DNA of 63,403 bases, filler included, from Octopus bimaculoides (GCF_001194135.2; 6 parts of 5 records of this genome joined end to end with filler, not necessarily neighbours in it), one strand, 5' to 3'. Counted from the first letter of the whole stretch, positions 1 through 13,900 are shown. A program made the numbers and translations. Notes: generated by a model not told the origin, from the letters alone.

Positions 1-742
1 GGTTTTGAACCCCTACTCTGGTCAGTTGGGGACAATGGTATTTCCTTTGTCTTGTCGGCAACCACAGCTATTTTTAGTGTAGCTTCCCCCTTTCCGGTCA
101 CCGAAAGTTCAGCAGACAGGACAGGAATTGTACCGAACCGACCCAGCTTTGGGAGGGAGGTAAAGTAACACTATGAGCTAGGGTATTTGGGATGAATAGG
201 AGAACAGGAATTGGCGGGAAGCAGTCGGCCGAAGCAAGTTGGCCGGGAGGATTTGGCGCAGTCGAGTGGTAGCAATCAGCCGAAGCAGTTGGGGACAGCA
301 GTTTGCCCGAGGAGATGGGGCCAGTCGAGTTGGATGAAGTGAAGATGAAGAATGATAAGTCTGACAGAGAGAAAGCTATAGTCAGCAGAAATGCATAGAG
401 TCTCAGAGAGACAGAGAGAGAGACAGAGAGAGGGAACTGTTGAAGCAGGCAAAAAGGGAAGTACTTGGTTACTTGGATATAGTGAGTTTTGTGAAAGAAA
501 GGAATTGAGTACAGCAAAGGTTTGTTACAAATATTCTTCCAAGAAATGTATTTGTTTGATGTTTAAAGAAAAAGACTGTTAACTGTGATGTGTAACTGAA
601 AAGAGAAAAAGAAGACAAGAAAGAACAGAAAGAACTTTTGATGGACTTAATGATTGCAAACCCTTGATTATGTTCACGCAATGTCACACCATTATATGCT
701 ATTGAACTGTTATGTAATGTTTTGAAATGTACTCTCATGTTT
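1..742. mobile_element. LTR-like dispersed repeat, copy 1 (cut by the window edge and by a gap)
   Basis: Colinear with 20036-20816 along its whole length, with shared blocks such as GTTGGGGACAATGG, GACCCAGCTTTGGGAGGG and GTCGAGTTGGATGAAGTGAAGATGAAGAATGATAAGTCTGACAGAGAGAAAGCTATAGTCAGCAGAAATGCATAG. No credible ORF. Confidence 0.7.
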
Positions 743-1239
743 NNNNNNNNNNNNNNNNNNNNNNNNNNNNNNNNNNNNNNNNNNNNNNNNNNNNNNNNNN
801 NNNNNNNNNNNNNNNNNNNNNNNNNNNNNNNNNNNNNNNNNNNNNNNNNNNNNNNNNNNNNNNNNNNNNNNNNNNNNNNNNNNNNNNNNNNNNNNNNNNN
901 NNNNNNNNNNNNNNNNNNNNNNNNNNNNNNNNNNNNNNNNNNNNNNNNNNNNNNNNNNNNNNNNNNNNNNNNNNNNNNNNNNNNNNNNNNNNNNNNNNNN
1001 NNNNNNNNNNNNNNNNNNNNNNNNNNNNNNNNNNNNNNNNNNNNNNNNNNNNNNNNNNNNNNNNNNNNNNNNNNNNNNNNNNNNNNNNNNNNNNNNNNNN
1101 NNNNNNNNNNNNNNNNNNNNNNNNNNNNNNNNNNNNNNNNNNNNNNNNNNNNNNNNNNNNNNNNNNNNNNNNNNNNNNNNNNNNNNNNNNNNNNNNNNNN
1201 NNNNNNNNNNNNNNNNNNNNNNNNNNNNNNNNNNNNNNN

Positions 1240-1292
<53 letters not shown>

Positions 1293-1769
1293 TATATATG
1301 TATGTATGTATGTATATTTATATATCAGAGTGATATTTATTTAGCGCTATAGAAATAGCAATACATGATATTTATATGCATGTACGTATAACCATACAGA
1401 TGTGCTTTACATGAAAAATAGTCGAAGGGTGCCCGTGAGATCCAAACCCACATCATCAATGGAAGTGACAAATGTATTAACATTATTCCAACATTTCGAA
1501 TTGTCTTCATTTATTATGAAACCTTTCTACTTACCAGTGAAAATTATGTTGTTTATATGATAACAATTTGGAAACGTCGATGTATATTTGTGTGTGAGAG
1601 AGAAGTGGGAGGGAGAGAACCTGTGCGCGCGTGTGCGTACTTGTGTGTGCATACATGTGTGTGCGTGCATGTGCTTGCGTGTGCGTGCGTGTGCGTGCCT
1701 GTATGCGTGTGCGTATGTAAGATGGTGGAATGTGGCCTTCATGCAAAAAAGTATAGAAACGGGAGAAAG

Positions 1770-2545
1770 AAAGATGAAGACTTGTGGATCTGGCATCTCA
1801 AGGAGCCGTGATTAAATGAGACTTCCCCCAAGAGAAGGTCACGTGGACACACCTGGGAAGACTACAATCTTTCTGCATCATCTTCCGGCTACGAACTATG
1901 TATGACACACATCTAACTCCAACAAAGCTGTACAGATGGTGTTTGAAGAGGAGCCAAGTTTGGAGTGTAGATTTTGTGGAGAGAGAGGAGTATCCTGGCA
2001 AGTATCTTGTCAGAGTGCAAAATGGCACTTCCGAAAGTGAGATACAAATGGTGGCATAGTAATGTGCTTAGAACACCTTGCCCAGACCCTGGAAGAGTAA
2101 AGGCTCAAGAAACACTATCAGCATGGGTAAACAACAAAATCTGGTGCGGATAACAAAAAAGGATGAATAACCTACTAGATAGAGCCCAATCAAGGATCTG
2201 AATGTGAAACAAGGGGAAAGACTGCAGTTTTCCCAAGGACGTCCATAAAAGTTTTATAGTCTGAAAAGGCAAAGAAAATAATATTGATTGAGCTTACAGT
2301 CCCGTGGGAAGAAAAGTATAATCAGAACTATACATGGAATTCTACGAGAGTAGGATTACAGAGAGAAGAAATTGTAGTCATGGTTATTCCCAACTGACGT
2401 TGGATTTAGGGGTATTGAAGCCGTTTACAGCTAATAGAATGAGAAGAAGAGATCGAACGTTGGTTGTACGCTGTATGCGAGATGAAGCAGAAAGAGCTTC
2501 TTGCTGGTTATGGAACTAAAGCGATGAGCAAACCTGGAAACCAAG
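1770..2545 (+). mobile_element. HERO-like (R2 superfamily, restriction-like endonuclease) non-LTR retrotransposon 3' fragment, decayed
   Basis: Frameshifted translation gives DLASQGA..KVTW, FRLRTMYDTHLTPTKLYRW, CRFCGER..ILSECK..RYKWWH (zinc knuckle), IILIELTVPWEE (PD-(D/E)xK endonuclease) and EAERASCWLW, the C-terminal signatures of HERO-clade ORFs. Confidence 0.8.
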
Positions 2546-2574
2546 ATTTTCAATTTTGACCATTATACACAAAC

Positions 2575-3278
2575 AAATCGTGCATGGAACACAAGCCCCA
2601 CTCTCACCACCGATGATAAGGGTCTTGATGAAGTCTGGGTTGTGGATTGCAGAGTCCAGCATGTGCTGAAGGATTTCCATATGGAGTTGTTTATGCTGAT
2701 CCACCAGTTCCTTGGGGATGAATTTCACCCACACTCACCACATGTACAATTCTTCCGCTAAAGTGGTATTAATTGAACCTGTGCTTATTCCCCATGTGTG
2801 AGCAATTTCCTGTATTGTTACACGATGATCTTTCATCAATATTTGCCAAAATTCTCAATCGGTTCCTAGGCTGGGTCTGCAGGTGGCTTCCCTGAGCGTA
2901 TCTCGCTCTGCACTGGGGTGCGGCTTTGTTGTAACAGGTGTTCTACATTTTAATCTGAGTTTCGCCCATGGCATCACCACTAAATGTCTGGTGAGTATTC
3001 TAGATGGCTTGAGATTGAATTTCAACAAGTTTTTGTAAAAAACTTGATGCAATATCTCTGCTCGATGTGTTTGGTGAGTTGAAAGCGAAAATATAAGCGA
3101 GGACTACACGTCTGAACTTCATGCGTAACTGCTGAGAACTGACTCGCTCTACCGATTGAAAAATGTTCGTGCATGCGCAAGAAGAGTCACGTCACCTTCC
3201 ATCGGAATGACTTTGTCCACGCAGCATTAATTTTGGCGGGGAAAAATAAAGTCGGATACTTTTTGAACATACACCTCA
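2575..3278 (-). mobile_element. Tc1/mariner transposon, 5' half (TIR plus N-terminal transposase), pseudogenised
   Basis: TIR-like TGAGGTGTATGTTCAAAAAGTATCCGAC at 3251-3278 (-). Broken ORF EQRYCIKF..GDAMGETQIK..DHRVTIQEIAHTWGISTGSI..KFIPKELVDQHK..PDFIKTLIIGGES; the last motif is a decayed ITGDESW first-catalytic-Asp motif. Confidence 0.85.
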
Positions 3279-3297
3279 TGTGTGGGCGCGTGTGTCT

Positions 3298-3346
<49 letters not shown>

Positions 3347-3853
3347 TATATATATATATATANNNNNNNNNNNNNNNNNNNNNNNNNNNNNNNNNNNNNN
3401 NNNNNNNNNNNNNNNNNNNNNNNNNNNNNNNNNNNNNNNNNNNNNNNNNNNNNNNNNNNNNNNNNNNNNNNNNNNNNNNNNNNNNNNNNNNNNNNNNNNN
3501 NNNNNNNNNNNNNNNNNNNNNNNNNNNNNNNNNNNNNNNNNNNNNNNNNNNNNNNNNNNNNNNNNNNNNNNNNNNNNNNNNNNNNNNNNNNNNNNNNNNN
3601 NNNNNNNNNNNNNNNNNNNNNNNNNNNNNNNNNNNNNNNNNNNNNNNNNNNNNNNNNNNNNNNNNNNNNNNNNNNNNNNNNNNNNNNNNNNNNNNNNNNN
3701 NNNNNNNNNTATATATATATATATATATATATTGAAATGTTAACACTTATAGCATGAGAAAACATTTAATTGCACACAAACTAAACCGGTCGCTTCTCCG
3801 CTTTGCAGTGCAGCTAACTTGGTTTGGTTCTCCTTTTCTCTTATTGCTATCAG

Positions 3854-3856
3854 AAT
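3854..3856 (+). other. Candidate 3-nt microexon (AAT)
   Basis: CTAAC branch point at 3814-3818, a pyrimidine tract, TGC just upstream of CAG, then AAT and a GTAAGG donor. Confidence 0.3.
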
Positions 3857-5169
3857 GTAAGGCGAGCTCTCGTTTTACTGTTGTGCCTTTTCCTGACTAA
3901 CAGACAAAACCAAAGCGAGGAGAGTAATATTGAGTTGTAGTATTATTCTGAGTAACTAGAAACAGTGAAAGAACATTTTCATAATGGTAATTCTATCTTT
4001 TGTTTAGCTACAGCTGTCTGCTGTATACCAATCAAACAAGAACTATTAGGACAACAGCGCGTGCATTTCTTTTCGGAAGTCCTTTAGCAATTATCCAAAC
4101 TAGTATTACATTTCCATACTAGCAGAATTTAATCTACTACGCACCATCCCGATTGCGTGAAAGTGAGAGGGTACTAAAACTATTTCGGTAACATTTCTCG
4201 CACAGTGCTTAACAATGAATATAAATATTACTAATCAACGAAATCGTCAGTTTAGAACTTCACGTCAGTATTATCTCTGAAGCTGACTTGAACACAGGTG
4301 TACAACTAACTTTCAAAGTAGAAATTGCAGTTATTTATCCATGAAAAGCGACTGTAATTAATACAAGATTACTGACTGTGATAGTGGAGAAGGAATTCCC
4401 AAGAATCATCAGTTCTTACAAATAATAGTCATCGAGATAAATGGGCAGCTTTTATTACTTTAGATAGAATTACATTGCACCATTTTTCTAAATATATGGT
4501 CTACATACCAAAATAAATTTAAGAAATATGAAATGAATTACTGGATGACCTGAGAGTCAAAAAAATTTGTTGCTAGGACCCAACCACATAAATGATCATT
4601 CTACATAAGTGAAGAAGACTAATACAAGAAGTGACGAAATATTATAGGAAAATTTGTGTATGGGTAGGTTAAATCAAATGAGTGAAGATACGTTTTGTGC
4701 AGAATGAGGACGTGACCTTCCGTGTCATTAATTGTAATATCATCCAGTTTGCGATACATAGGTAGAAATTTTGTAATACATACCAGTGGTATATTCGCGT
4801 CTCTGGTCGGGTTGAATGAGAAAAAAATTGAGGATGTTTAGGCTCATCCATAACAAACAACAAGCAAAGTAACAAAAGGTGCAATGAGAATGAAAATTCA
4901 AAACTCAAATAGAGATAATATGCAGGCAAAAGTAGCAAATTTTGAGCAGAAATATGGAACAAACCATACAATTTAAGTGGAGTCAAAAGATACCAGGAAT
5001 TAGGCAAAGCCTAATTTATATTCTCCCACCCGAAACTTTGAGATACAGAAGCACACATCTTTTAAAGCTTACAGTTTTATTGGGTTTTAGAAGGGAAACT
5101 AAGCAGGTATTGAGAAGACATTATTGTATAAGCACCCTCGAGCAACTTGTTCAGATGAGTTTATTTAAT

Positions 5170-5312
5170 CATAATATATCTGCCTTTCTGCGTATATCCA
5201 AGCGTAGGCTCGAAACGTTAAAGACTTTTTTACTTTCCCGAGCGTCAAACTAATACATTTGTTTGTTGTTCATACATATGTCTTCGTCTTTTGTTTTTCT
5301 ACAAATTTCAAC
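5170..5312 (+). repeat. Short (TA)n-associated dispersed repeat with a hammerhead-like core (family B, copy 1)
   Basis: Homologous to 50740-50873 (AGCGTAGGCTCGAAACGTTAAAGACT..TTCCCGAGCGTCAAACTAATACAT..TTTGTTGTT..GTCTTCGTCTTTTG) and ends in (TA)n. Confidence 0.75.
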
Positions 5313-6762
5313 GGTATATATATATANNNNNNNNNNNNNNNNNNNNNNNNNNNNNNNNNNNNNNNNNNNNNNNNNNNNNNNNNNNNNNNNNNNNNNNNNN
5401 NNNNNNNNNNNNNNNNNNNNNNNNNNNNNNNNNNNNNNNNNNNNNNNNNNNNNNNNNNNNNNNNNNNNNNNNNNNNNNNNNNNNNNNNNNNNNNNNNNNN
5501 NNNNNNNNNNNNNNNNNNNNNNNNNNNNNNNNNNNNNNNNNNNNNNNNNNNNNNNNNNNNNNNNNNNNNNNNNNNNNNNNNNNNNNNNNNNNNNNNNNNN
5601 NNNNNNNNNNNNNNNNNNNNNNNNNNNNNNNNNNNNNNNNNNNNNNNNNNNNNNNNNNNNNNNNNNNNNNNNNNNNNNNNNNNNNNNNNNNNNNNNNNNN
5701 NNNNNNNNNNNNNNNNNNNNNNNNNNNNNNNNNNNNNNNNNNNNNNNNNNNNNNNNNNNNNNNNNNNNNNNNNNNNNNNNNNNNNNNNNNNNNNNNNNNN
5801 NNNNNNNNNNNNNNNNNNNNNNNNNNNNNNNNNNNNNNNNNNNNNNNNNNNNNNNNNNNNNNNNNNNNNNNNNNNNNNNNNNNNNNNNNNNNNNNNNNNN
5901 NNNNNNNNNNNNNNNNNNNNNNNNNNNNNNNNNNNNNATATATATATATATATATATATATATAGATATAGATATATATATATATATACATATAATATAC
6001 ATATATGTGTGTGTGTGCGTTTGTAAGCTTTAAAAGAAGTGTGCTTCCATTTCACACTTATTCTATCTCATACATATAAACACGCACACACAAACATAAG
6101 CACACATAAATACATACACACCACTCCCCCCCACACACACACTAGCAATGCGTCCCGGCGTTGCCCCAGTGTGTTGACCTACAACCACATTGTATTATTT
6201 GCTCCTTTCTTTTGGGAAGAATCGCACAGCTGATAGATAGTTAATAGCATAATGGAAGTTATTATTTGTTTGAAAGTGTAAGGGAATGGTACAATTTCCA
6301 TGGGTTTGCATGAAAGTGCTTTCTATTCTTAAGAAGGCTAAGAAACTATGCATTGTTTCATCGTATAAAAAGGGACTAATACGATTTTGTCCAAAAATCA
6401 GGATTTCAAAATTTCCCTTTACACTTCTTATTTCAATCCTTTTCGAAAATAACACATTTTATTGGACTCTACTATTAGAGTTCAATTTCCCTCTATTTAA
6501 CCATCTCACATCGTCCCTAAGTAAGGCAAATCCCTAATATCCCCGAAACAGGTATAAGTCTGACTTTCTCTTTATAAATATCCTAGAAATTCCAAACAGC
6601 CTTGGCTGTGTTGTCGCATTTTATTTAACATATACATGCTCATAAAAGACCACATTAGACTCCTCACTCGTATTACTATCGAACCGAGAGTTTAAGTACG
6701 GTCCTACCATTGCACTGACATAGCCTTACTTGCCACCTTGGCTCTTCCGGATGCCAATACCC

Positions 6763-6804
<42 letters not shown>

Positions 6805-7763
6805 TTTATGTATATATTAATATTATCTCAGTTATTAAAACCTNNNNNNNNNNNNNNNNNNNNNNNNNNNNNNNNNNNNNNNNNNNNNNNNNNNNNNNNN
6901 NNNNNNNNNNNNNNNNNNNNNNNNNNNNNNNNNNNNNNNNNNNNNNNNNNNNNNNNNNNNNNNNNNNNNNNNNNNNNNNNNNNNNNNNNNNNNNNNNNNN
7001 NNNNNNNNNNNNNNNNNNNNNNNNNNNNNNNNNNNNNNNNNNNNNNNNNNNNNNNNNNNNNNNNNNNNNNNNNNNNNNNNNNNNNNNNNNNNNNNNNNNN
7101 NNNNNNNNNNNNNNNNNNNNNNNNNNNNNNNNNNNNNNNNNNNNNNNNNNNNNNNNNNNNNNNNNNNNNNNNNNNNNNNNNNNNNNNNNNNNNNNNNNNN
7201 NNNNNNNNNNNNNNNNNNNNNNNNNNNNNNNNNNNNNNNNNNNNNNNNNNNNNNNNNNNNNNNNNNNNNNNNNNNNNNNNNNNNNNNNNNNNNNNNNNNN
7301 NNNNNNNNNNNNNNNNNNNNNNNNNNNNNNNNNNNNNNNNNNNNNNNNNNNNNNNNNNNNNNNNNNNNNNNNNNNNNNNNNNNNNNNNNNNNNNNNNNNN
7401 NNNNNNNNNNNNNNNNNNNNNNNNNNNATATATATATATATATATATTTGAGTGTGTCAAGTAAACAACAGGTTTCACGGTGCACTGCATAGATATATCA
7501 TGTGTAGGACAGAAAGAACACGACAAAAAACAACATTGGAAAAATAGACGATAACATAACAAACAGGAAACTGGACAAAAATAAGATACACGGACAATTC
7601 GCAGGAGATCTCCTTATCAATCAGAGTGTGGAAAATTCTAGTAGTTCGAACTTCTTATAATTTAATACAGACAGCTGTCTGCAATGTTTTACCAAACAGG
7701 AAAACTATAACTGTCGCTAAATGATACATAGTTGTTAGAACACTTACATAGCTAGAAATAATT

Positions 7764-7809
<46 letters not shown>

Positions 7810-10402
7810 NNNNNNNNNNNNNNNNNNNNNNNNNNNNNNNNNNNNNNNNNNNNNNNNNNNNNNNNNNNNNNNNNNNNNNNNNNNNNNNNNNNNNNNNNNN
7901 NNNNNNNNNNNNNNNNNNNNNNNNNNNNNNNNNNNNNNNNNNNNNNNNNNNNNNNNNNNNNNNNNNNNNNNNNNNNNNNNNNNNNNNNNNNNNNNNNNNN
8001 NNNNNNNNNNNNNNNNNNNNNNNNNNNNNNNNNNNNNNNNNNNNNNNNNNNNNNNNNNNNNNNNNNNNNNNNNNNNNNNNNNNNNNNNNNNNNNNNNNNN
8101 NNNNNNNNNNNNNNNNNNNNNNNNNNNNNNNNNNNNNNNNNNNNNNNNNNNNNNNNNNNNNNNNNNNNNNNNNNNNNNNNNNNNNNNNNNNNNNNNNNNN
8201 NNNNNNNNNNNNNNNNNNNNNNNNNNNNNNNNNNNNNNNNNNNNNNNNNNNNNNNNNNNNNNNNNNNNNNNNNNNNNNNNNNNNNNNNNNNNNNNNNNNN
8301 NNNNNNNNNNNNNNNNNNNNNNNNNNNNNNNNNNNNNNNNNNNNNNNNNNNNNNNNNNNNNNNNNNNNNNNNNNNNNNNNNNNNNNNNNNNNNNNNNNNN
8401 NNNNNNNNNNNNNNNNNNNNNNNNNNNNNNNNNNNNNNNNNNNNNNNNNNNNNNNNNNNNNNNNNNNNNNNNNNNNNNNNNNNNNNNNNNNNNNNNNNNN
8501 NNNNNNNNNNNNNNNNNNNNNNNNNNNNNNNNNNNNNNNNNNNNNNNNNNNNNNNNNNNNNNNNNNNNNNNNNNNNNNNNNNNNNNNNNNNNNNNNNNNN
8601 NNNNNNNNNNNNNNNNNNNNNNNNNNNNNNNNNNNNNNNNNNNNNNNNNNNNNNNNNNNNNNNNNNNNNNNNNNNNNNNNNNNNNNNNNNNNNNNNNNNN
8701 NNNNNNNNNNNNNNNNNNNNNNNNNNNNNNNNNNNNNNNNNNNNNNNNNNNNNNNNTATATATACTTTTGTGTCTGGGGAGAGTTATTCTCTTTTAGTGC
8801 CTTATAAATAAACACATTCACCGGTAAAATTTCCACTTGTTTCCGTCTTTATTTTTCTAAACTTTCCGTGGCATCTTGCAGCCTTTCAAGTTTTGACTCT
8901 GTCCTTTATTCACAATGCATTCCTTTTTGTTTGTTTGTGCGCGTGAGTGTGGGTTAGTGCGTGTGTGTGTGCATATGCAAGCATCAATGTATGTATACAT
9001 GTACGTGTGTATGCGTGTATTTATGTATGTGTGTATGTGTGTGCATGTGTATGTATGTATTCTGCATATTCATGTGTTTGCACATCCGTGTTTATTTTTA
9101 TGTATGTATATGTGTGTAACCCTGTCTCGTTGTGTGTGTGCATGTCTGAGTGAGTGTGTATATGTATGTGTCTGTTTTGCAACTATTTACTGTGTTTGTA
9201 TGTATGGATATGTATCTTCATTTTTGTCCTTGTGTGAAATAAAGTGTGCGTGTATATATGGCCATGTCTTTCAGTCTTCATTTGTGTATGTGTGCATATG
9301 TGTGCTTGTCTATTCATATAACCTATGTTCCTATCCGTCTATATGTTGATCTGTTTACTTTCATACCCATATGCTTACATACATGTGCATATACATGTTA
9401 TATACTTACACTCAAACACACACACACACACACATACATATATCTATCTACATAACAGTCCACTAACTATTCTACCAAGCATGTGTAAACTGGTTATAGG
9501 GTTATGATATCTACTATGTATATTTCCTATTTAGTATTGGGGGGGGGGGTTTCTCAGTAGTTATGCTTATATTTATATATACGTGTTTATGCGTCTGTGT
9601 GTTTGTGCGTGTGTTTGTTTGCGCGTGCCTGTGTGTGCGCGTGAGCGTGTGTGCGTGCGTGAGAGTGAGTGTAATGTATATACACTTTTAAAAGAGAACT
9701 GGAGATTCTTATAAAATGAAAGAAAACTGTTCTTGATTCATTCAACCAGCTTTAATTCACTTCAATAGTGATTGTAACGACAATCCAATATATATTCCTA
9801 GTTCTTGACATTACAGACGGCCACATGGGGCGAAATCACTGGAATTGATATAATTATATATTGGTAAATTCCTCGCTGATGTGTTGAATGCATGCTCACA
9901 TGAAATTGCATCATTTCTAAACAATATTTGCAAATGCTCTTCTATTCCCGTTCCTGATATAAATTTCAAAGAAATGGAATTAAGTCGAGATCGATCTAAT
10001 ATAACAGTCAAATCACCGAATTGTTTCAAGAGGTGATTAATAAAAGGCAAAGCAAAATGGTCACAATAATCTTCTATATTACAAAATGATTGCTTTCAGT
10101 GTGTCAAAATTGACACAAACATAGCTTCTGTAGCACGTGAGCTACATCTTGAAAACTGCGAATAAATGAAAATTTTACATATTTTGCTTTATCTTAGTTT
10201 CCGAAAAACCTTCGAGCGAGCTGGTCACTGATTGCAAAATATATTTATGCAAATATTAACTTTTAGAACAAATACTGCTTCAGTCGATAATAATTAACTT
10301 TTAACATGTTTATTTGTGATGAGATGCTGATATTCTGCATGTTGTGCAAGCACAATTTGCCTTATCTATGGCGACCAGCTACCTAGTATTTCTGATATCC
10401 AG

Positions 10403-10468
10403 TAGACGAAAATCACGTGATATGGGAGTCCCGATGCATGGACAGACAGTTCGTATCTGCAACGACCT
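10403..10468 (+). CDS. Candidate 66-nt symmetric exon (xDENHVIWESRCMDRQFVSATT)
   Basis: CAG/TAG tandem acceptor, GTGAGT donor at 10469, and an open phase-1/phase-1 frame. The pyrimidine tract is weak. Confidence 0.3.
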
Positions 10469-10854
10469 GTGAGTGTGCTTTTATACACGATGCCCTTTTA
10501 TGAGAGAATCTCTCGAGGCTAACAAACCAGTATTCGGTGTTCTAACATGATACCCAAGTTACGTTCAATGCAAACAGTAACTTTTGGTACAAGCATTGCT
10601 TACGTTGCTAACAATTGATATATATCTTTCTAATTAGTAGTGCCATAGTAATGGTCATCGATCTCATACTAACGCATAAGTTAAATTAAATATCGTAATA
10701 TTTGAATTATATGAAATTTCCATAAAACTAATTTATAACAGCGTTCAAAATCTACAACAACCATTTTAATATTTTTCTTGCAAACTCACTAACGCTCCTG
10801 TTCTTATAATATGTCGGCTATTGATTTTGCGTGCGCGTATGCCCATGTGTGCGT

Positions 10855-10886
<32 letters not shown>

Positions 10887-10916
10887 GCGTGCGCGAGCGT
10901 GCGTGTGCGTGTGTGT

Positions 10917-10960
<44 letters not shown>

Positions 10961-13900
10961 ACGCACGAGCGTATTTGCGTCTGTGTCTGTATGCGCGTGT
11001 GCTTAGATATATATGCATAAATATGTATATATAATTATACACACAAACATACAAATACACACACACACATATATATGAATACATGTGTGCATGTGTATAT
11101 ATATATATACAGGTATAACTATACATACATAAATACATAAATATGTTGACAGATACACATATGCAGAATTACATGTGTGCGTGTGCATAATACACACAAA
11201 GACCGACGTATGTGCGGTATCATGTTTTTGTAACAGTACGATTCTGCCTTAGTATGTACACATGTATGTGTATGTGTGCGTATTTATGTGTGTGCGATTG
11301 AGCGTCTGTGTGACTCTAATGCATATGTGTTCTTCAATGTGAGAGAACATAGAAATCAATGCAGAATATTGAATATTAAATAGGAGAATGAAATAAATGA
11401 TTAAGAACCCCAAAAAATAAACAAAATAATGTTAAAGTAAATAAGGAAATATAATGGAAGAGAAATAAAATGAAAACGCCTGTGAATGAATAAATCAAGT
11501 GTAAACGGAATACTGAATAAGAAAAATGAGACGAATAACAAACATAGCAAAAATAATGTTTGGAAATGATACTGAGAATCACGAAATTAAATGGTAAGAT
11601 AAAAACGAGGAAAAAAAGTCGACAGTTTTTATTTTTAGAATGACAGTTGCCACACCTCTCACACATTTTATCAAACGTCTTGTTCAAACAGGTCAAGAAA
11701 TCTGTGTTTGAAAGATGAAAGAGCCTCACATCAAATAAACAGTTTCCAAGACAATGATAACTATCTGTATTATTTCTTTTTTGTTATATAAACAAAACTA
11801 TCCTATATAATGATGTGATTATGGTGATGTATACTTCGATCATACTTGCATTGTTTTTTTCTTTTTTTTTTCTTTTGTTACACAAGCGCAAACTTCAACA
11901 AGATGTATGCCGACGTAGAAATCTGTATCTGGCCGCTTAATGTTTTCTGAAATAGGAAACCAAATCGTTCTCAAATCGCATTTTATTCTTTCATAAAAGG
12001 ACAGCGTCCACTGTAAAGCGTGGTTCTAGAATATTTATGCGAGAATAGAGGACGTGATGATCACGTTTGTAAAATATATGGTAATATTTTTGCTCATTCA
12101 GCGTTGACTTTAAGGTTAATCGTCGAAAGCTAAATTTCATCGCTAGCTATTCACTGTTTCTAGGCTACTGCAGTAGACAAATTTCCAAAGAAGTATCTTG
12201 TCGCATCGAAACTTGACCTATTATCGCAGAAAATTTTCATTTCTGTGCAACGCTCTGTAAAAATGCATTTCAGTAAAAATGCTCTGTTCGTACGTAGTTC
12301 TCAATCTACTTCGTTTAAGTAGGGAAAGCATTAGGCTTCTACTGCGGATGGTGTTCTGTTTTGTAGTCGTGGTCACAAATCTTAACTACAACAGCAAATC
12401 AGAAGCCACGAAGTGTGACAACTTTACAAACCACATATGCCACCACAACAGTTATCCCACCAAGTCATTTTGTATAACATAATTATGCACGGATATTACA
12501 TCTTCCCTCTTCTGTCAAAGTTCGATGCACTCCGGAAACGCTCTGAAAAACGAAAATGCAATACCCACTTCTATTTGCAAACTTAATAGTTCTCTTCTAA
12601 TTCTACTTGCTTCAGCTATTCTCATCGTAATCAAACCTCGTCCTTTCACTATTTACTTCTAACCACAAACCAAAAAGCCATGAATCATTTTCATTTCTAC
12701 TTGTCCTCTGAGTGCCATGACAAGTTGATATCACTTTTTGTCTCTGTCTTATATTACTTCATTAACACAAACGACCACGTCTTGAACTTCAGCTCTTCCG
12801 CCTTTGCATAATTCCAACTTCTTTTAATAGTTATGACCTCATAAAATCTCACCCTATATACCGATGTCTAGTCAGGAACAAATTGCTCATTGACTGTTAT
12901 TTTATACCTAAACGTATAGGTATAGGTACATATATTTGGTTCCCTTTCTTTTGTATCGACATAGAGTGGATCATCTGTGGGCAATAAATGGGAACAATTT
13001 CCCTAAAAGCTGTGTAGGCAATATTCATGTCTAGAGTTCTTTCAGTTCACCCAACTTATCCCAGTATTATTGGACTGCATCCAACATCTAGAAATAAGAT
13101 GAAACAATTTAATCTCATATTAACTCACGCTCGCTAAACGGAATTCACAGCTACATTTTTTCTCATTAACTCTAAGCAGAAACCCATAATTCCTTTCTCT
13201 CATTATTATAATTATCTATACGATTTCACCAAAGCAATTAGCAAAAGTATGGTACTCACAGCGAACGACAGCTAAGCTATAATTCCATATGCCCTAGTGT
13301 GTTTGTGTCTGTCTGTCTAGTTTTGGGTCAAGATGCACTTGTGCGTTTGTATGTTTGCTTGTGTGTGTGTGTGTGCGTGTATATATGTATGTGTGTGTGT
13401 CTCTGTGTTTGTGCGTGTGCGTGTATGTGCGTGTGTTTGTGAGTGTATGCGTGTTTGCTTGTGTGTGAATGTGCGTTTGTGTTTATGTGCGTTTGTGTGT
13501 ATGTGCGTGTGTGTGTGTATTTGTGTGTGGGGGTATTTTTGTGTGTCTTTGTGTGTGTTAATGACTGAATATTTTTGATGTATCAAAAGAGACGATAGAA
13601 AACGACACAGCCCTGAGTTATGCACGTGTATATTACAATCATGACAGAAAATGAAATTGTTAATCTAACAACACACCATGAGACAACTTCAAGTACCTGC
13701 TAGATTAAAATATGTGCTGAATAAAGAATATTAACGATAGCCCTTTTAAAAATAAAGGGCAATGGTTTATCCACACAAAATTCCAAGGCCAATACTCAAA
13801 CAATTTGAAAATATATATTTAAAATCAACGATAACATATGTGGACCGAAACAAAAGGCCAAATTGTCCAAATCGCATTACCTGCCGAGGAATTAGCGAAA

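Noticed and set aside
722-8836. Long ORFs of 150-357 aa spanning N runs (also 27836-29157, 52251-52911 and others)
   Set aside because: Their length comes from Ns translated as X. Only the flanking R4 and Penelope pieces are real coding sequence.
9811-10050. 79-aa ORF on - with an overlapping open frame on +
   Set aside because: No recognisable motif and no convincing splice sites or start context; compatible with chance.
10766-11197. CV/HT/YI-repeat ORFs (also 1527-1815, 13317-13625, 34744-35052, 36089-36660, 61431-62308)
   Set aside because: Translations of (TG)n/(TA)n microsatellites, which lack stops in some frames.
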